Made by a program: the position numbers and the translations under genes. A DNA stretch of 64,000 bases from Candidatus Poseidoniales archaeon (GTDB taxonomy: Archaea; Thermoplasmatota; Poseidoniia; Poseidoniales; Poseidoniaceae), in NCBI GenBank assembly GCA_038150305.1, contig JAYOTG010000006.1, forward strand, positions 9,073 to 73,072, written 5' to 3'. Position 1 is the stretch's first letter. The number at the start of each line of letters is the position of its first letter. This document shows, piece after piece, positions 8,395 to 19,171 of the stretch. Below the pieces are notes generated by a model. The model was not told where the DNA came from, ran no database searches, and worked only from the letters and a program-made list of their open reading frames with translations.

Positions 8395-11300
8395 ATGAAC
8401 CAAATGCGTACGCTGGCTGTCCTCCTTGTGGCGTTGATGATGGGCAGCCTTTCGGTTGGCCTTTCTTCGACCTTGGTCGACGTTCCTGAGGAACTGGACA
8501 ACACGCCTGCGGTCATGTCCGCCACCAGCCCGGGTCACCCGGTCTTTGCCGAGTACGTGGGTGCCCATTGGTGTGGCCCCTGTAAAACGTCATCAACGAA
8601 CCTCCACAGCCTCTATGGCAGCAACGGCGGTGGTGGAGGCACATCAGAGGACTTCACCTACATCTCATTTTACGAGTCATCGTCAACAGGTTGGCCCTCT
8701 GAGGCGCCCATCAATCGACGCTCGCACATCAACCCCACGGGGTATCCTACCGTGGTGTTCGGTGATGCGGCCTCAGGGCAATACAAGACCACTGGCGGGC
8801 AAAGCTACGACTCGTTCTACCAAAACGGCGGGAACATGCACAACGCCAACGATTACTCGCTTTCCATTGCCCAGTCGGAAAACGGCAACAACATGGACAT
8901 CGACATCACCGCAACCTACCTCGGTTCAGGAAGCAAGACGGTCTACATTTACGCCGCTGTGACGGAGGAAACTTCCCCCGAGACGTATGACGGAGGCTCT
9001 CCCAATCCACATCACGTTTGGAAGAAATGGCTTCTCAACGGTGCCGGAAGCGGGTTTGAATCCGTCACGCTAAGCAACGGAAATTCCGTGACCACCTCGT
9101 GGTCGGTGCCGATCAGCACCGTCCGCGCAGGCGGCGGTGTTACCGCGGCTGAGAACTTCCTGACCGTTGCCGCCCTCATGGACGGCGACCACACCACCCA
9201 TCGCAATGTGGTCAGCGCGGCGGACTCCAACATGGGTCCGAAGATGGACATCGGCGTCACCGGCATGTCGGTGAGCAACGACGATGCCTCCGATTCCTAC
9301 ATCCGCGGGGACACCGTTGATCTTGAGGTCACCGTTCGCAACACGGGCGACCTTGATTACGTCGACGGCGGCGGGGTGGAGTTCTACTACCAAAACGGTG
9401 TCAACAAGGTGACCATCGGCGGCACCCAATCTCTGCCTGCGACCGTCGCGACCACCGGCACGCACACGTACACGGCAAACTTCGACACCAGCGTCCTCTC
9501 TTCCAACGCCTGGAAGACGACCTTCGGGGCTCGTCTCACTGGCCTGACCGGAGACATGAGCAGTTCCAACAACGACGTGAACACCCAGTTTGATCACGAC
9601 CGACCGCCTGTGGCCCTGACGCCTCAGATCAGCCCGACGTCGGTCGAACGTGGCGACGAGGTGCTCATCACCGTTCGTGCCGATGCCAACGACGAGGTCG
9701 ACACGATCTCCAGCACCACGTTCGAACTCGAGACCCGTCCCTCCGGAACGGCCACGTGGTCGTCGAACGGCATCAGCGGTGGCGAAGATGTGGTCTTCGC
9801 CGGTTCGGAGTATGAAGGGCGCGAGTACACCTTTGCCACGACCACCGACATGGACGCGGGCACCTACGACCTTCGCGTTCGAGCCATCGACGCCCGCGGC
9901 CAGGCCTCCGATTGGAAGGTCGTCCTGGGAAGCGACGGCGTCACGGTGACCAACGCCCTGCCGACGATTTGGGCTGAACCTGTGCCGACCGTCATGTGCG
10001 ATGAGCCAACCAAGATCAGCATGGTGGGCCACATCATTGACCGCGAATCTGCCTTGTCCGAGCTCAGCGTGACGTCGACGTCTCCCTCTTTCCTTGGATG
10101 GGACGCCACCACGCAGGAGATTGAGGTGCTGTTCGCCTTTGACGATTTGCGTGGTTGCCCAATCGGCCAAAACGGCATTGAGGTCACAGTGAACGACGGC
10201 GAGGATTACACCAACAGTGACCTGCCGTACGGGACCCTCTTGTTCAACGTCATCGAGAACGGCCAGCCCCGCTGGGACGGCCTGCCCACGCGCACGGTTG
10301 ACGAAGGCGGTGAAGGCAACCTCGCCTTGTTCCCCTATGTCTTTGACACGGATGAACAGGGCACCCAGGTTGATTCCCAGGGCCTGACATTGTCCATCGT
10401 CAGCAACTCCAATCCCGAGGTGTTCAACGTCGGCCTTGAGGGCGATCTCCTCTCGTACAGCACCGTGGACGACGACGTCAACGGCGAGGCCACGGTTACC
10501 CTCCGCGCCAGCGACGGTGTGCAGGCCGCGGACCAAACCATCGTGCTCAAGGTTGCCCCGGTGAACGACGCACCTCGCATGGACCTTGGTGACCTTGCTT
10601 CGCTCGAACTGAAGCGCGGCAAGACCTACGTCTACGACATCCAGAGCCTCGTGTACGACATCGACGATGACGACGCTGCCTTCATTGTGGTGACGCCAAG
10701 CGAGAACGGAGCTGCACGCTTCGATTTGTTCACCGGCCTCATGACCGTCGAGTTCGAGGAACTCGGTACCCAGACCATCACCATCACGGCTCAGGACAAG
10801 TACGACTCGAACTCCTACACCATCATGGTGGACGTGTACGACTCGAAGCCCTTCTCCGCTTCGAAGGACGTGGACACCGGGTACATGACGGTCAGCCTCG
10901 ACAACGCCTACCTTGGCGAGGTCGCCACCGCCAACCTCTTCCTCACGGAAAATGCGCCCACCTTCACCTCGCTGACCACCATGTGGCAGGTGTGCGAAGG
11001 TGACACCGGCGTGTGCCTGAACCAAGTCAGCTACCCGCTTGACGTGACCGCCTCCGAGCGCGGCTGGACCATCGATCTCGCGTGGGACGATGTTCGCCCC
11101 TACGGCCTCCAGTACAACGACGACGTCAAGCTCGGCAACGTCCTTGCCACCGACGACACCGGTGAAGAGTACAAGCTCATGGCGCCGATCTACTGGCGCG
11201 TCACCGAGGAAGCGCCCGGTCCAAGCACGATGGACGATGAGACACTCGCTCTGCACATCACCGACCTTGAATCGAGCATTGAAGAGCTCAAGGCGGAAAT

Positions 11301-11775
11301 CGATGCATCGGAAGGAGACACCACCGACATGGAGGCTCAACTCGCGCTCCTCGAGGCTGACCTGGCGACCGCTTGCGATGACCCACGTGCGGACTGTTCC
11401 AGCGACGGCCTGCAGGGCAACGGCGACACGGAGACCAACGCTGGTTTCAACACGGACGTCATCATCTTGATCCTCGGGGTCCTGGTGCTTGCGGCTCTGC
11501 TCGGTGTGCTCTTCACGCGACGAGGCGGCTCCATGGAGCAGCCCAAGTGGGACGAATCCGCCCTGCCCGCGTCCGACGCCGTGGCCAACTCCATGTACGG
11601 AGGAGCACAAGACCTCTTCCAGCAGCCCATGGCGCCTGCCATGCCGGCCATGCCAACGATGCCTGCACCTGTTGCGCACGCCGGTCCGCCCCTGCCCGCC
11701 ACGGGCCTCCCAGAGGGTTGGACCATGGAGCAGTGGGCCTACTACGGCCAGCAATACTTGGACGGCCACCAGTGA
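8395..11775 (+). CDS. giant surface protein: signal peptide, thioredoxin-like WCGPC domain, CARDB and cadherin-like modules, coiled coil, TM helix, Trp-rich cytoplasmic tail
   Basis: [25 protein letters not shown] is a signal peptide. Domain landmarks are [28 protein letters not shown], the cadherin-like [11 protein letters not shown], and the coiled coil [17 protein letters not shown]. The TM helix is [19 protein letters not shown] and the tail ends [22 protein letters not shown]. Confidence 0.8.
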   Translation: MNQMRTLAVLLVALMMGSLSVGLSSTLVDVPEELDNTPAVMSATSPGHPVFAEYVGAHWCGPCKTSSTNLHSLYGSNGGGGGTSEDFTYISFYESSSTGWPSEAPINRRSHINPTGYPTVVFGDAASGQYKTTGGQSYDSFYQNGGNMHNANDYSLSIAQSENGNNMDIDITATYLGSGSKTVYIYAAVTEETSPETYDGGSPNPHHVWKKWLLNGAGSGFESVTLSNGNSVTTSWSVPISTVRAGGGVTAAENFLTVAALMDGDHTTHRNVVSAADSNMGPKMDIGVTGMSVSNDDASDSYIRGDTVDLEVTVRNTGDLDYVDGGGVEFYYQNGVNKVTIGGTQSLPATVATTGTHTYTANFDTSVLSSNAWKTTFGARLTGLTGDMSSSNNDVNTQFDHDRPPVALTPQISPTSVERGDEVLITVRADANDEVDTISSTTFELETRPSGTATWSSNGISGGEDVVFAGSEYEGREYTFATTTDMDAGTYDLRVRAIDARGQASDWKVVLGSDGVTVTNALPTIWAEPVPTVMCDEPTKISMVGHIIDRESALSELSVTSTSPSFLGWDATTQEIEVLFAFDDLRGCPIGQNGIEVTVNDGEDYTNSDLPYGTLLFNVIENGQPRWDGLPTRTVDEGGEGNLALFPYVFDTDEQGTQVDSQGLTLSIVSNSNPEVFNVGLEGDLLSYSTVDDDVNGEATVTLRASDGVQAADQTIVLKVAPVNDAPRMDLGDLASLELKRGKTYVYDIQSLVYDIDDDDAAFIVVTPSENGAARFDLFTGLMTVEFEELGTQTITITAQDKYDSNSYTIMVDVYDSKPFSASKDVDTGYMTVSLDNAYLGEVATANLFLTENAPTFTSLTTMWQVCEGDTGVCLNQVSYPLDVTASERGWTIDLAWDDVRPYGLQYNDDVKLGNVLATDDTGEEYKLMAPIYWRVTEEAPGPSTMDDETLALHITDLESSIEELKAEIDASEGDTTDMEAQLALLEADLATACDDPRADCSSDGLQGNGDTETNAGFNTDVIILILGVLVLAALLGVLFTRRGGSMEQPKWDESALPASDAVANSMYGGAQDLFQQPMAPAMPAMPTMPAPVAHAGPPLPATGLPEGWTMEQWAYYGQQYLDGHQ

Positions 11776-11837
11776 GACGCCGAGGCGATGTCGGTCACGA
11801 CGCCGCTGAAAGCCTCAAAGGGGAGGCGAACGCAGGT

Positions 11838-13946
11838 ATGCCCGTGAGCGGAGACACCGACGAGGTATCGGGTACGCCTGGGGACGAGACGAATGATCTC
11901 GTCGAGGCCTCCCCTCCCGTCGAGGATGATGTTGAGGTCACGGTGTGGTCCGCAGAATCCGATGACGCCTTCGACGAAGCCATCCTCGGACAGCCCAGCG
12001 ACGACGTCCTCCAGAGCAGCGTTGAGGCATGGATCAACGACATCGGCATGACGTCGACCAAAGAAGTCCCTGTTCCGGACCGTCTGGTCGATCAGGTCAT
12101 TGGTCAAGAAGCTGGATCGGTCATCATCCGAAAGGCGGCCGAGCAGCGCCGCCATATGCTGATGATCGGTGACCCAGGTACGGGCAAGTCCATGCTCGCC
12201 AGGTCGATGACCGAACTCCTGCCCCGTGACGCCTTGGAAGACGTGCTCGTGTATCCCAACGAGGAAGACGAGAACGAGCCCCGTGTGCGCTCCGTTCCCG
12301 CTGGCCGTGGCGACCGCATCGTCAAGGTCCAGAAGGAAGCCATCCGGGTTCAGCGGGAGAAAACCCAGCGCATGCTCCTCATTGGTTTCGTCGCCATCGC
12401 GTTCCTCCTTGCCATTGCGACCCTCCAGAGCGGTGACATCGTGACCCTCCTCTTCGGGATGTTCCTGCTGACCTTCGGGTACATGTTCCTTCGCTCGCGC
12501 TTGGGTGCTGCGGACGAAAGCCGCATCCCTAAGGTGCTCGTGAAGCACGACACGAAGGAACTCCCTCCCTTCGTCGACGCTACGGCCACCCTCTCAGGTG
12601 CCCTGCTTGGTGACGTCCGTCACGACCCCTTCCAGTCGGGTGGCATGGAGACGCCCGCTCACGAGCGTGTCGAGCCCGGCGCCATTCACCGTGCCCACAA
12701 AGGCGTGCTCTACATCGACGAAATCAACCTCCTCCGGCTTGAGGAGCAGCAGGCGCTGCTCACCGCCATGCAAGAGCGGGCCTTCCCCGTTTCGGGACGC
12801 TCGGAGCGTTCGAGCGGAGCCCTGACCAAGACCGAACCGGTCCCTTGCGACTTCATCCTGATTGCGGCTGGAAACCTGGACGCGATCCAGGGCATGCACC
12901 CCGCGCTCCGAAGCCGCATCCGTGGCTACGGCTACGAGGTGTACGTGAATTCGGAAATGCCGGACACGGCTCGAAACCGCCGACGCCTGATTCGCTTCAT
13001 CGCGCAAGAAGTTCACCGTGATCAGGACACCCTGCGCGAAATCCCACATTTCGACGTGGGCGGTGTTGCGGCCATCCTCAAGGAGGCACAACGGCGGTCT
13101 GGGCGTCGTGGGAAACTCAGCCTTCGCCTCCGCGAGCTCGGTGGACTGGTGCGCATTGCCGGAGACTTGGCGGTGGAGGACGGCACAGAACTCGTCACCG
13201 CTAGGCACGTCATCCGGGCCCGCTCCATCGCCAAGCCGCTCGAACAGCAGGTTGCTGACCGCATGATCGAGCGACGCCGCGACTACAGCCTCCTCGTGAA
13301 TTCCGGCGAGCGGATTGGCCGCGTCAACGGCCTTGCCGTCCTCGGGGCAAACTCGGGCCTTTCCGATTTCAGCGGCATCATGCTGCCCGTCGAGGCGCTC
13401 GTGACTCCCTCGCAGGGTGGCGGTGGGAAAATTCACGCCACAGGTGGTCTTTCCGACCTGGCCAAAGAGAGCGTGACCAACGTCAGCGCGGTGGTCAAGA
13501 AACTCACGGGCAAGGACGTTTCCGACTACGACATCCACATCCAGTTCGTGGACACCCACGGCGTGGACGGCGATTCGGCCAGCATCACCATCGCCACGGC
13601 CATCATCTCCGCGATTGAGAACATCCCCATCCGCCAAGATTTGGCGATGACGGGGTCACTCTCGGTCCGTGGAGAAGTGTTGCCCATTGGCGGCGTGACG
13701 GCGAAGATCGAAGCCGCAGGACACGCTGGCGTGCGCACGGTCATCATTCCCCGCTCGAACCTGCAAGACGTGGTGCTGGACCATCAGTGGGAAGGCAAGG
13801 TCGAGGTCATTCCCGTCGACACGCTCGACGAAGTCATGGAACATGCGCTCATCAAGCACGAGCAAAAGGCGAGCCTCGTGGAACGTCTGGGTGGCATCAT
13901 CGACCGCTTGACGCCTGAGATGTCATCCAACGTTCGACCGGTCTAA
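11838..13946 (+). CDS. lonB: archaeal membrane-bound Lon protease (LonB)
   Basis: Walker [11 protein letters not shown]. Two TM helices are inserted in the AAA+ module ([17 protein letters not shown] and [17 protein letters not shown]). Walker B is VLYIDEI. The protease Ser is in [12 protein letters not shown] and the Lys in [13 protein letters not shown] 11838 is preceded by GGGGAGG; the track start at 11547 overlaps the upstream gene. Confidence 0.9.
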   Translation: MPVSGDTDEVSGTPGDETNDLVEASPPVEDDVEVTVWSAESDDAFDEAILGQPSDDVLQSSVEAWINDIGMTSTKEVPVPDRLVDQVIGQEAGSVIIRKAAEQRRHMLMIGDPGTGKSMLARSMTELLPRDALEDVLVYPNEEDENEPRVRSVPAGRGDRIVKVQKEAIRVQREKTQRMLLIGFVAIAFLLAIATLQSGDIVTLLFGMFLLTFGYMFLRSRLGAADESRIPKVLVKHDTKELPPFVDATATLSGALLGDVRHDPFQSGGMETPAHERVEPGAIHRAHKGVLYIDEINLLRLEEQQALLTAMQERAFPVSGRSERSSGALTKTEPVPCDFILIAAGNLDAIQGMHPALRSRIRGYGYEVYVNSEMPDTARNRRRLIRFIAQEVHRDQDTLREIPHFDVGGVAAILKEAQRRSGRRGKLSLRLRELGGLVRIAGDLAVEDGTELVTARHVIRARSIAKPLEQQVADRMIERRRDYSLLVNSGERIGRVNGLAVLGANSGLSDFSGIMLPVEALVTPSQGGGGKIHATGGLSDLAKESVTNVSAVVKKLTGKDVSDYDIHIQFVDTHGVDGDSASITIATAIISAIENIPIRQDLAMTGSLSVRGEVLPIGGVTAKIEAAGHAGVRTVIIPRSNLQDVVLDHQWEGKVEVIPVDTLDEVMEHALIKHEQKASLVERLGGIIDRLTPEMSSNVRPV

Positions 13947-13958
13947 CACAGGGCGCGG

Positions 13959-13966
13959 TTTGATAC
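13959..13966 (+). promoter_or_regulatory. TATA-like box TTTGATAC 30 nt upstream of the MFS gene ATG
   Basis: Only A/T-rich element in the 42-nt spacer. Its spacing matches the recurrent -29/-30 box. Confidence 0.3.
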
Positions 13967-13988
13967 CGCGAACCGTTTTCCGTGAGCC

Positions 13989-15320
13989 ATGGAAGCATCC
14001 GAACAGAGCACTGTTCGGGGTCAACTCATGATCCTCTTTCTGGTCACGTTCATCGACATGATCGGCTTTGGCATCGTCATTCCATTCTTGACCTACCTCG
14101 TCGAAGATTTGGCCGTCGAAGCCAGCATCACGGCCATTGGCCTGTGGGTCGGGCTTGTGATGACCGCGTACCCCATGGCGCAGTTTCTCTCTGCACCGCT
14201 GTGGGGCAGCCTCTCCGATCGCATCGGGCGCAGGCCAATCTTGATGATCGGGCTGGTTGGGAACACCTTTTGCTTCGCGCTCTTTGGGTTGGCGCCGACG
14301 TTGTTCATCGCCATCGTGGCCAGGTTCCTCGCCGGCTTCTTCAACGGCAACATCGCCGTGGCACGAGCCTACATCGGAGACATCAGTCGGCCCGAGCAAA
14401 TGGCCAGCCGCATGGGGCTCATCGGCGCCTCCTTCGGCTTGGGGTTCACCTTCGGGCCCTTCATCGGAGGCGAGCTCTCCGCCCCTGCCGAGCGGTGGGC
14501 GGTGTTTGAAGGGACCATCTTCGACGCCTACCCTTACCTCCTCCCATGCTTGGTGGCCAGTGCACTTTCCATCGTGTCCCTCGTGCTGGCGCGGACCCGG
14601 CTCCCGGAATCCTTGCCCAAGGAGGCTCGCGAGAGCACGTCCAACCTGGATTGGGGCGGGACCATGAAGTCCTCGTTTTCCAGTTTGTTCACGTCGATGC
14701 GAGCACCGGCCATCGGGCCCTTGCTGTGGGTCAGCATGCTGTACAGCTTCGGCTTCACCATCATGCACGCCGTGTTCATCCTCTTCACGGAGATGTCGCC
14801 TGATGCAGGAGGTTTGGGCTTCACTGAAGCGCAAAACGGGCGCGTGTTTGCCGTGATCGGCTTGACCGGTATTGTGGTGCAGGGGGGCCTCATCCGCCCC
14901 TTGTCCAAGCGCTTCTCGTCGCGGGGCATGCTGCCCGTGGCGGTGGTGATCACCGGCATCGGACTTGGCGCCATCCCGTACGCTTCCGTTGAGTACGCAT
15001 GGCTTTGGTTGCTGCCCACCTGCATTGTCATCTCAACAGGCAGCGGCATCTTCCAACCGACATCATCGAGCCTGATGGCCTCGTACGCCCAAGACAGTGG
15101 CAAAGAATTGGGCGGAGTGATGGGCGCCATGGAATCGGCGTCTGCTTTTGCCCGGATCCTTGGTCCGGTGACGGGCGGCTTGGTGTGGACCCTGACCGTG
15201 GACGGCTCGGGCTGGCTGACCTACCGTAGTGTGTTTCACCTATGCGCGACCATCATGCTCCTGACGCTCCTGGTCTCGCTTCGCCTTCCCAAAGAAGTGC
15301 GTTTGACCGCGTCGGAATGA
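13989..15320 (+). CDS. MFS transporter (drug/H+ antiporter-like)
   Basis: About 12 hydrophobic segments. MFS motif A reads GSLSDRIGRRPILMIGL. The N-terminus LFLVTFIDMIGFGIVIPFL is typical of the TCR/Tet-like subgroup. Confidence 0.85.
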   Translation: MEASEQSTVRGQLMILFLVTFIDMIGFGIVIPFLTYLVEDLAVEASITAIGLWVGLVMTAYPMAQFLSAPLWGSLSDRIGRRPILMIGLVGNTFCFALFGLAPTLFIAIVARFLAGFFNGNIAVARAYIGDISRPEQMASRMGLIGASFGLGFTFGPFIGGELSAPAERWAVFEGTIFDAYPYLLPCLVASALSIVSLVLARTRLPESLPKEARESTSNLDWGGTMKSSFSSLFTSMRAPAIGPLLWVSMLYSFGFTIMHAVFILFTEMSPDAGGLGFTEAQNGRVFAVIGLTGIVVQGGLIRPLSKRFSSRGMLPVAVVITGIGLGAIPYASVEYAWLWLLPTCIVISTGSGIFQPTSSSLMASYAQDSGKELGGVMGAMESASAFARILGPVTGGLVWTLTVDGSGWLTYRSVFHLCATIMLLTLLVSLRLPKEVRLTASE

Positions 15321-15380
15321 GGCGCTGAACAGCCTCCAATTTGGGGCGAATCATTGAAACCGCCATCCCCATGGGCGGGC

Positions 15381-16823
15381 ATGAAGGATGGTGCGTTTGA
15401 GGAGGGTGAGTTCAACCGCTCCCTGTCCACCATCGTGTACGTTTGCGCCATTCTGACCATCGTGTCCTTCTGGCTCATTCAGCTGGAGTCCGTGCTCAAG
15501 CCTTTCTTCATCGCTCTCGCGGTGTACTTCGTGCTCAAGCCCGGTGCTGATGCCTTGTCGGCGAACGGGTTTCCCCTGGTGTTGTCCTACTTCACCATGC
15601 TCATGGCCTTCTTTGCCGTCGTCGGCGCAGCCGGATTCTTTGCCTACGTGCAGGCGGATGCGCTGATGAGCGACACCGCCACGGTTGAGGACTACAACGA
15701 CAACCTCGAAGAAAAGTGGAATTGGTTGCGTGACGACAGCGTCGCCTCAGGCGCCGTTCAAAATTGGGCGGGTTCCGAAAACGCCACCCTTGCGGAAGGG
15801 CTCAGTCAACTCGGTCTTGTGGGCTCCAGCGGCCAAATTTCTGACATTGTGGTCAACATGTTGGCCGGTGTCGGAGACATGATTTCAGCCAGCCTGATCA
15901 TCACTTTCTTTCTCATCTTCATGATCCTCGAAGCCGCCTTGCTCCCTGCCCGCATCGAGCGCGCCTGGCCGAGCGGTGGAAGCGCCAAACTGGCGGAAGT
16001 CCGGGAGCAGATCGAAACGAGCGTCAACACCTACGTGATTGTGAAGACCGGTGTGTCGATTGGTACGGCAGCGGGTGCATCGATCCTGATGATTTCCTTT
16101 GGCATCGATCTCTGGTTCACCTGGGCCTTGCTCACCTTCCTGTTCAACTACGTCCCGTACATTGGTTCAGTGTTCGCGATGATTCCGCCTTTGATTCTCG
16201 GCGCAGTCATGCTCAGTCCCGGTGCGCTGCTGACCTTCGCCATCCTCTCCATCATCAACCAGCAGGTGTGGGGCAATTACATCGAAAACCGATGGGCTGG
16301 TCGCGCCCTCGGCGTTTCTCCTCTCGTCCTGCTCCTCGTCACCTCGTATTCCTTCTGGCTCTGGGGCTTGGTGGGGATGATCCTCGCCGTGCCCTTCGCC
16401 GTGTTGGTGAAGATTGTCCTTGAGAACGTCGACGCCACGAAGCCCGTGGCCATTCTGCTTTCCGAGCGCGCGCCGTCCTTGGACGAAGCGTGGGAAGATG
16501 CGGTGCGGGACGGCCTCATCTCGTCGTTTGAGGGTCGTTCCCTGCTGGAATTGCAGCACCTCTTGGATTACACCGACGAGCAGGTGGCCATCATCGCAGC
16601 ACGCTCATCCGCGCGTCGAGCCGTGCGACGCGGGCGTGTCAGCCAGGCGCAGTTGGATTTCTTGATGCGCGGCCTTCCCTTGATCGACGGGGAGTGGACG
16701 GTCATCGCTGGTCTGAAGCCCGGGAAAGTGCCAAAGGAGCACCGCCAACTCATGGCCAACTTGTTGCACGCCTTTACGGATGCAGCCGGGCGCCCAGTCG
16801 ACCATCACCAGGAAGAAGCCTGA
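15381..16823 (+). CDS. AI-2E (PerM/UPF0118) family transporter with cytoplasmic C-terminal extension
   Basis: TFLFNYVPYIGSVFAMIPPLILGAV plus about 8 TM segments, followed by a roughly 120-aa soluble tail. The track start at 15354 is a TTG; the first ATG is 15381. Confidence 0.8.
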   Translation: MKDGAFEEGEFNRSLSTIVYVCAILTIVSFWLIQLESVLKPFFIALAVYFVLKPGADALSANGFPLVLSYFTMLMAFFAVVGAAGFFAYVQADALMSDTATVEDYNDNLEEKWNWLRDDSVASGAVQNWAGSENATLAEGLSQLGLVGSSGQISDIVVNMLAGVGDMISASLIITFFLIFMILEAALLPARIERAWPSGGSAKLAEVREQIETSVNTYVIVKTGVSIGTAAGASILMISFGIDLWFTWALLTFLFNYVPYIGSVFAMIPPLILGAVMLSPGALLTFAILSIINQQVWGNYIENRWAGRALGVSPLVLLLVTSYSFWLWGLVGMILAVPFAVLVKIVLENVDATKPVAILLSERAPSLDEAWEDAVRDGLISSFEGRSLLELQHLLDYTDEQVAIIAARSSARRAVRRGRVSQAQLDFLMRGLPLIDGEWTVIAGLKPGKVPKEHRQLMANLLHAFTDAAGRPVDHHQEEA

Positions 16824-16828
16824 CGCGA

Positions 16829-17095
16829 TCAGAGCAGTTCCGTGAGGAGCTTCTCAAGTTCGGTGTTGATCATCAGGATGAGGGTTCCAAACTCCGGCGG
16901 GATGTTGGGGTCCTCATACAGTTCCTCGAGTTTGGCTTGGGTCATCGCCACGCGAACATCAGTTTTCTTGCCGGTGTTCAACAACCACTGTTCCGTGACT
17001 TCCTTGGCTTGCCTCCGGATGTTCCGCGGGACTTTGGAGTCGTCAATTTCAGCGATGACTTTCGCTACATTTTGGAGTCGGGTCTCGATGTCCAT
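16829..17095 (-). CDS. UPF0147 family protein
   Basis: 88 aa: MDIETRLQNVAKVIAEIDDSKVPRNIRRQAKE..YEDPNIPPEFGTLI. The VPRNIRR and DPN-P motifs mark this conserved archaeal family. Only the last third of track ORF 16829..17632 is credible. Confidence 0.8.
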   Translation of the reverse strand: MDIETRLQNVAKVIAEIDDSKVPRNIRRQAKEVTEQWLLNTGKKTDVRVAMTQAKLEELYEDPNIPPEFGTLILMINTELEKLLTELL

Positions 17096-17129
17096 GCACG
17101 TCACGCCCCGGTGTTTCTCCAGCGGGCCC

Positions 17130-17137
17130 GCTATAAG
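17130..17137 (+). promoter_or_regulatory. TATA-like box GCTATAAG 29 nt upstream of GTG 17159
   Basis: Sits in the divergent spacer between UPF0147 and the A24 peptidase gene. The spacing is identical to the other boxes. Confidence 0.3.
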
Positions 17138-17158
17138 GTGATTGTGTCGTCGCGGTTT

Positions 17159-18148
17159 GTGGACGTTCAGGCGGCGCACGTCATCGCTGTGGCCCGAGGT
17201 GCCACCTTGCTGGCAGGGATGGGCGTCGCAGCATGGCTCGACCACCTCAACCGCCGCGTGCCAAACCGGCATTGGATCGTGTGGAGCCAGCCCGTGCTCC
17301 TGCTGTGGGTCCTCGACCTCGCCGTCAGGGAAGCCGATGCCGCCGTGTGGCTCACGATGTTGCTGCCATGGGCCTACGCCAGCGGTGCCGTGATTGGACG
17401 GCCGAGTTTGGCTGATTTGCGCGCCGGTTCCAAACTCGACCTCGCTGCGGTTCTGGTCTACCTGCTCGCGCTTGTGGGCCTGGTCTGGGGTGCTCAACTG
17501 CACGCGTCTGTGGAACCCATCGACCTCGTCTTGTGGAACCTCGAAGGCGCCCAAGCCCTGTGGTGGGAGCTGGTTGCGGTCACGTTGGTCCTCGTGGTGA
17601 TCGACCTCGCATGGCGCCTTCGCTTGCTCCACGGCGGCGCTGACGCCAAGGCCCTGATGTGGGTGGCCATGCTCCTTCCCACGTGGGGGGCCATCACCTG
17701 GTTGTCCTCAGACAGCACCGTCGTGCTGGCCTTGCCGCCCGCGCTGTCCATTCTCCTTTGGGGAGGCTTCGCCTTCCTGCTCATTCCGCCGACGAACCTC
17801 GTCCGGAACGCCTACCGTGGCGACCTCAAGGGTCTCGGCGACCTTCGTCATGCCTTCCACGCCGAACGCATGCCCTTGCACGGGGTCAAGGACGCCCACG
17901 TTTGGATGCTCTCAGGCGTGGAGTCCGGCCTTGACGGGGTCGAGCGGGTGGTGCACCGCGTTCGCGCTCCACGTCGGACGCCGAGCGAAGAGGCCCTCAA
18001 TGAAGCCATCATGGCGTTGGAGGCCCTTGAAGTGGAACGTGTGTGGGTCACCCGCAAAGTGCCGCTGCTCGTCGTGTTGTGGCCGGCCTGCGTCGCCGCT
18101 CTTGTGCTCGGTGATGTGGCGGGGTTGCTCTTCGCACCCCTGGTTTGA
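17159..18148 (+). CDS. archaeal type IV prepilin/preflagellin peptidase (A24 family) with C-terminal extension
   Basis: The two catalytic Asp motifs are VLDLAVREADAAVW (DLxxRE) and HGGADAKALMWVAMLLP (GGADAK), within multiple TM helices. The start is uncertain: GTG 17159 fits the box, with GTG 17138 and ATG 17219 as alternatives. The track ORF start at 16694 overlaps AI-2E and UPF0147 and is rejected. Confidence 0.65.
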   Translation: MDVQAAHVIAVARGATLLAGMGVAAWLDHLNRRVPNRHWIVWSQPVLLLWVLDLAVREADAAVWLTMLLPWAYASGAVIGRPSLADLRAGSKLDLAAVLVYLLALVGLVWGAQLHASVEPIDLVLWNLEGAQALWWELVAVTLVLVVIDLAWRLRLLHGGADAKALMWVAMLLPTWGAITWLSSDSTVVLALPPALSILLWGGFAFLLIPPTNLVRNAYRGDLKGLGDLRHAFHAERMPLHGVKDAHVWMLSGVESGLDGVERVVHRVRAPRRTPSEEALNEAIMALEALEVERVWVTRKVPLLVVLWPACVAALVLGDVAGLLFAPLV

Positions 18149-18158
18149 CGCCTGGTGA

Positions 18159-18308
18159 TCAGGGTCCGCGGCGCTCCACGTTCTTGGGGCGCAGGCCCTT
18201 GTAGCCGCACTTGCGGCAGCGGGCGGCTCGCACCGCGTTGCGGGCGTTGCACTTCATGCAGATCTTGCGATGCAGCATGCGTGCTTCGGCCTCGGGGAAG
18301 CGAGCCAT
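18159..18308 (-). CDS. rpl40e: 50S ribosomal protein L40e
   Basis: [49 protein letters not shown], 49 aa with a C4 zinc ribbon. ATG 18308 is preceded by GGGGGAGG. Confidence 0.9.
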   Translation of the reverse strand: MARFPEAEARMLHRKICMKCNARNAVRAARCRKCGYKGLRPKNVERRGP

Positions 18309-18400
18309 GAGCCGGCGACCGCCTCCCCCTATTTGAGCGCACCGCAGCCCACTTGTGACCGTCAAGCGAGCGTTGAAGCCCCGTCTCCCGATGGAAGGGC

Positions 18401-19171
18401 ATGCGGATGACGCGCCTGCCGGGCATCCACCACGACGCGAATTGCGTCGTGGTTCAGGGTGAGGCCTCCGTGGTGCTCATCGACGCGGGTACGTCGTGGT
18501 ACCAAGCGCTTCAGGTCGAGCGCATCTTGGGGTTGATCGACGAAGCGGTGCAACCCGAGCATCTGCTGCTGACCAGCCGCAGGTATCCGTTTTCGGGTGC
18601 GGCCGCTCATTTTGTCGAACGGTGGCCGGGCCTGCGCGTCCACGTGGGCGAAGCCGGTGTGGCCGCACTCGAAACAGGCGATTTCTTCTCCACATGGGCC
18701 AACCGGTACGACTCGGACATGCCCGCCGTTCATGCAGAGCCAGTGGCCGACATGGACATGATTGCCCTTGGCGACGGAGGCGTACAGGCCATGGCCCTGC
18801 CGGGCCACGCGCCGGAGGGACTCGGCTTCCTGGTCGAGGACCGCTCGACGATGGTCGTTGGAGCCGCGCTGCCCCGGGCCGACCTTCCGGCACGGCTGGA
18901 TTTGCCAGGTTCCTCCCTGCTGGACCACGTGGCCAGCCTGACGCGTCTGCTTTCCCTTGACCTCGAAGCCGTGGTGCCGATGCGTGGCCCTGCCATTCGT
19001 GGGGCTCAGCACGTGCGAGAGGTGCTCTCCCGTCATCTGGAGCACTTTCAGTTGGTGCTCGAGGACGAGGGTCGAAAACCGCGTGGTTGGGCCAGACCAG
19101 CGCCGTCCGCGCTGTGGTTGACCCCAAGGGATCCGTGGCCGCTGGAGGAGCGTGAACAGCCGTCCGCATGA
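18401..19171 (+). CDS. metallo-beta-lactamase-fold protein lacking the HxHxDH metal site
   Basis: The MBL-like order is VVLIDAGTS, then [14 protein letters not shown] where THxHxDHxGG is expected, then LPGHAPEG, then VVPMRGP. Confidence 0.6.
   Translation: MRMTRLPGIHHDANCVVVQGEASVVLIDAGTSWYQALQVERILGLIDEAVQPEHLLLTSRRYPFSGAAAHFVERWPGLRVHVGEAGVAALETGDFFSTWANRYDSDMPAVHAEPVADMDMIALGDGGVQAMALPGHAPEGLGFLVEDRSTMVVGAALPRADLPARLDLPGSSLLDHVASLTRLLSLDLEAVVPMRGPAIRGAQHVREVLSRHLEHFQLVLEDEGRKPRGWARPAPSALWLTPRDPWPLEEREQPSA

Noticed and set aside
9070-11769. 899-aa minus-strand ORF covering most of the second giant surface-protein gene
   Set aside because: It is antisense to a gene with a clear signal peptide, domain order and TM anchor. 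Its product is Arg/Gly/His/Val-rich low-information sequence typical of the open antisense frame of GC-rich coding DNA, and it has no motifs.
13923-14834. 303-aa minus-strand ORF over the MFS transporter
   Set aside because: It is antisense to a 12-TM MFS gene carrying motif A. The product is highly charged and low-complexity.
16694-17137. N-terminal 148 codons of the 484-aa + strand track ORF
   Set aside because: This part overlaps the 3' end of the AI-2E gene and the whole UPF0147 gene on the other strand, and it has no TM or peptidase motifs. The credible A24 peptidase begins at 17138-17219.
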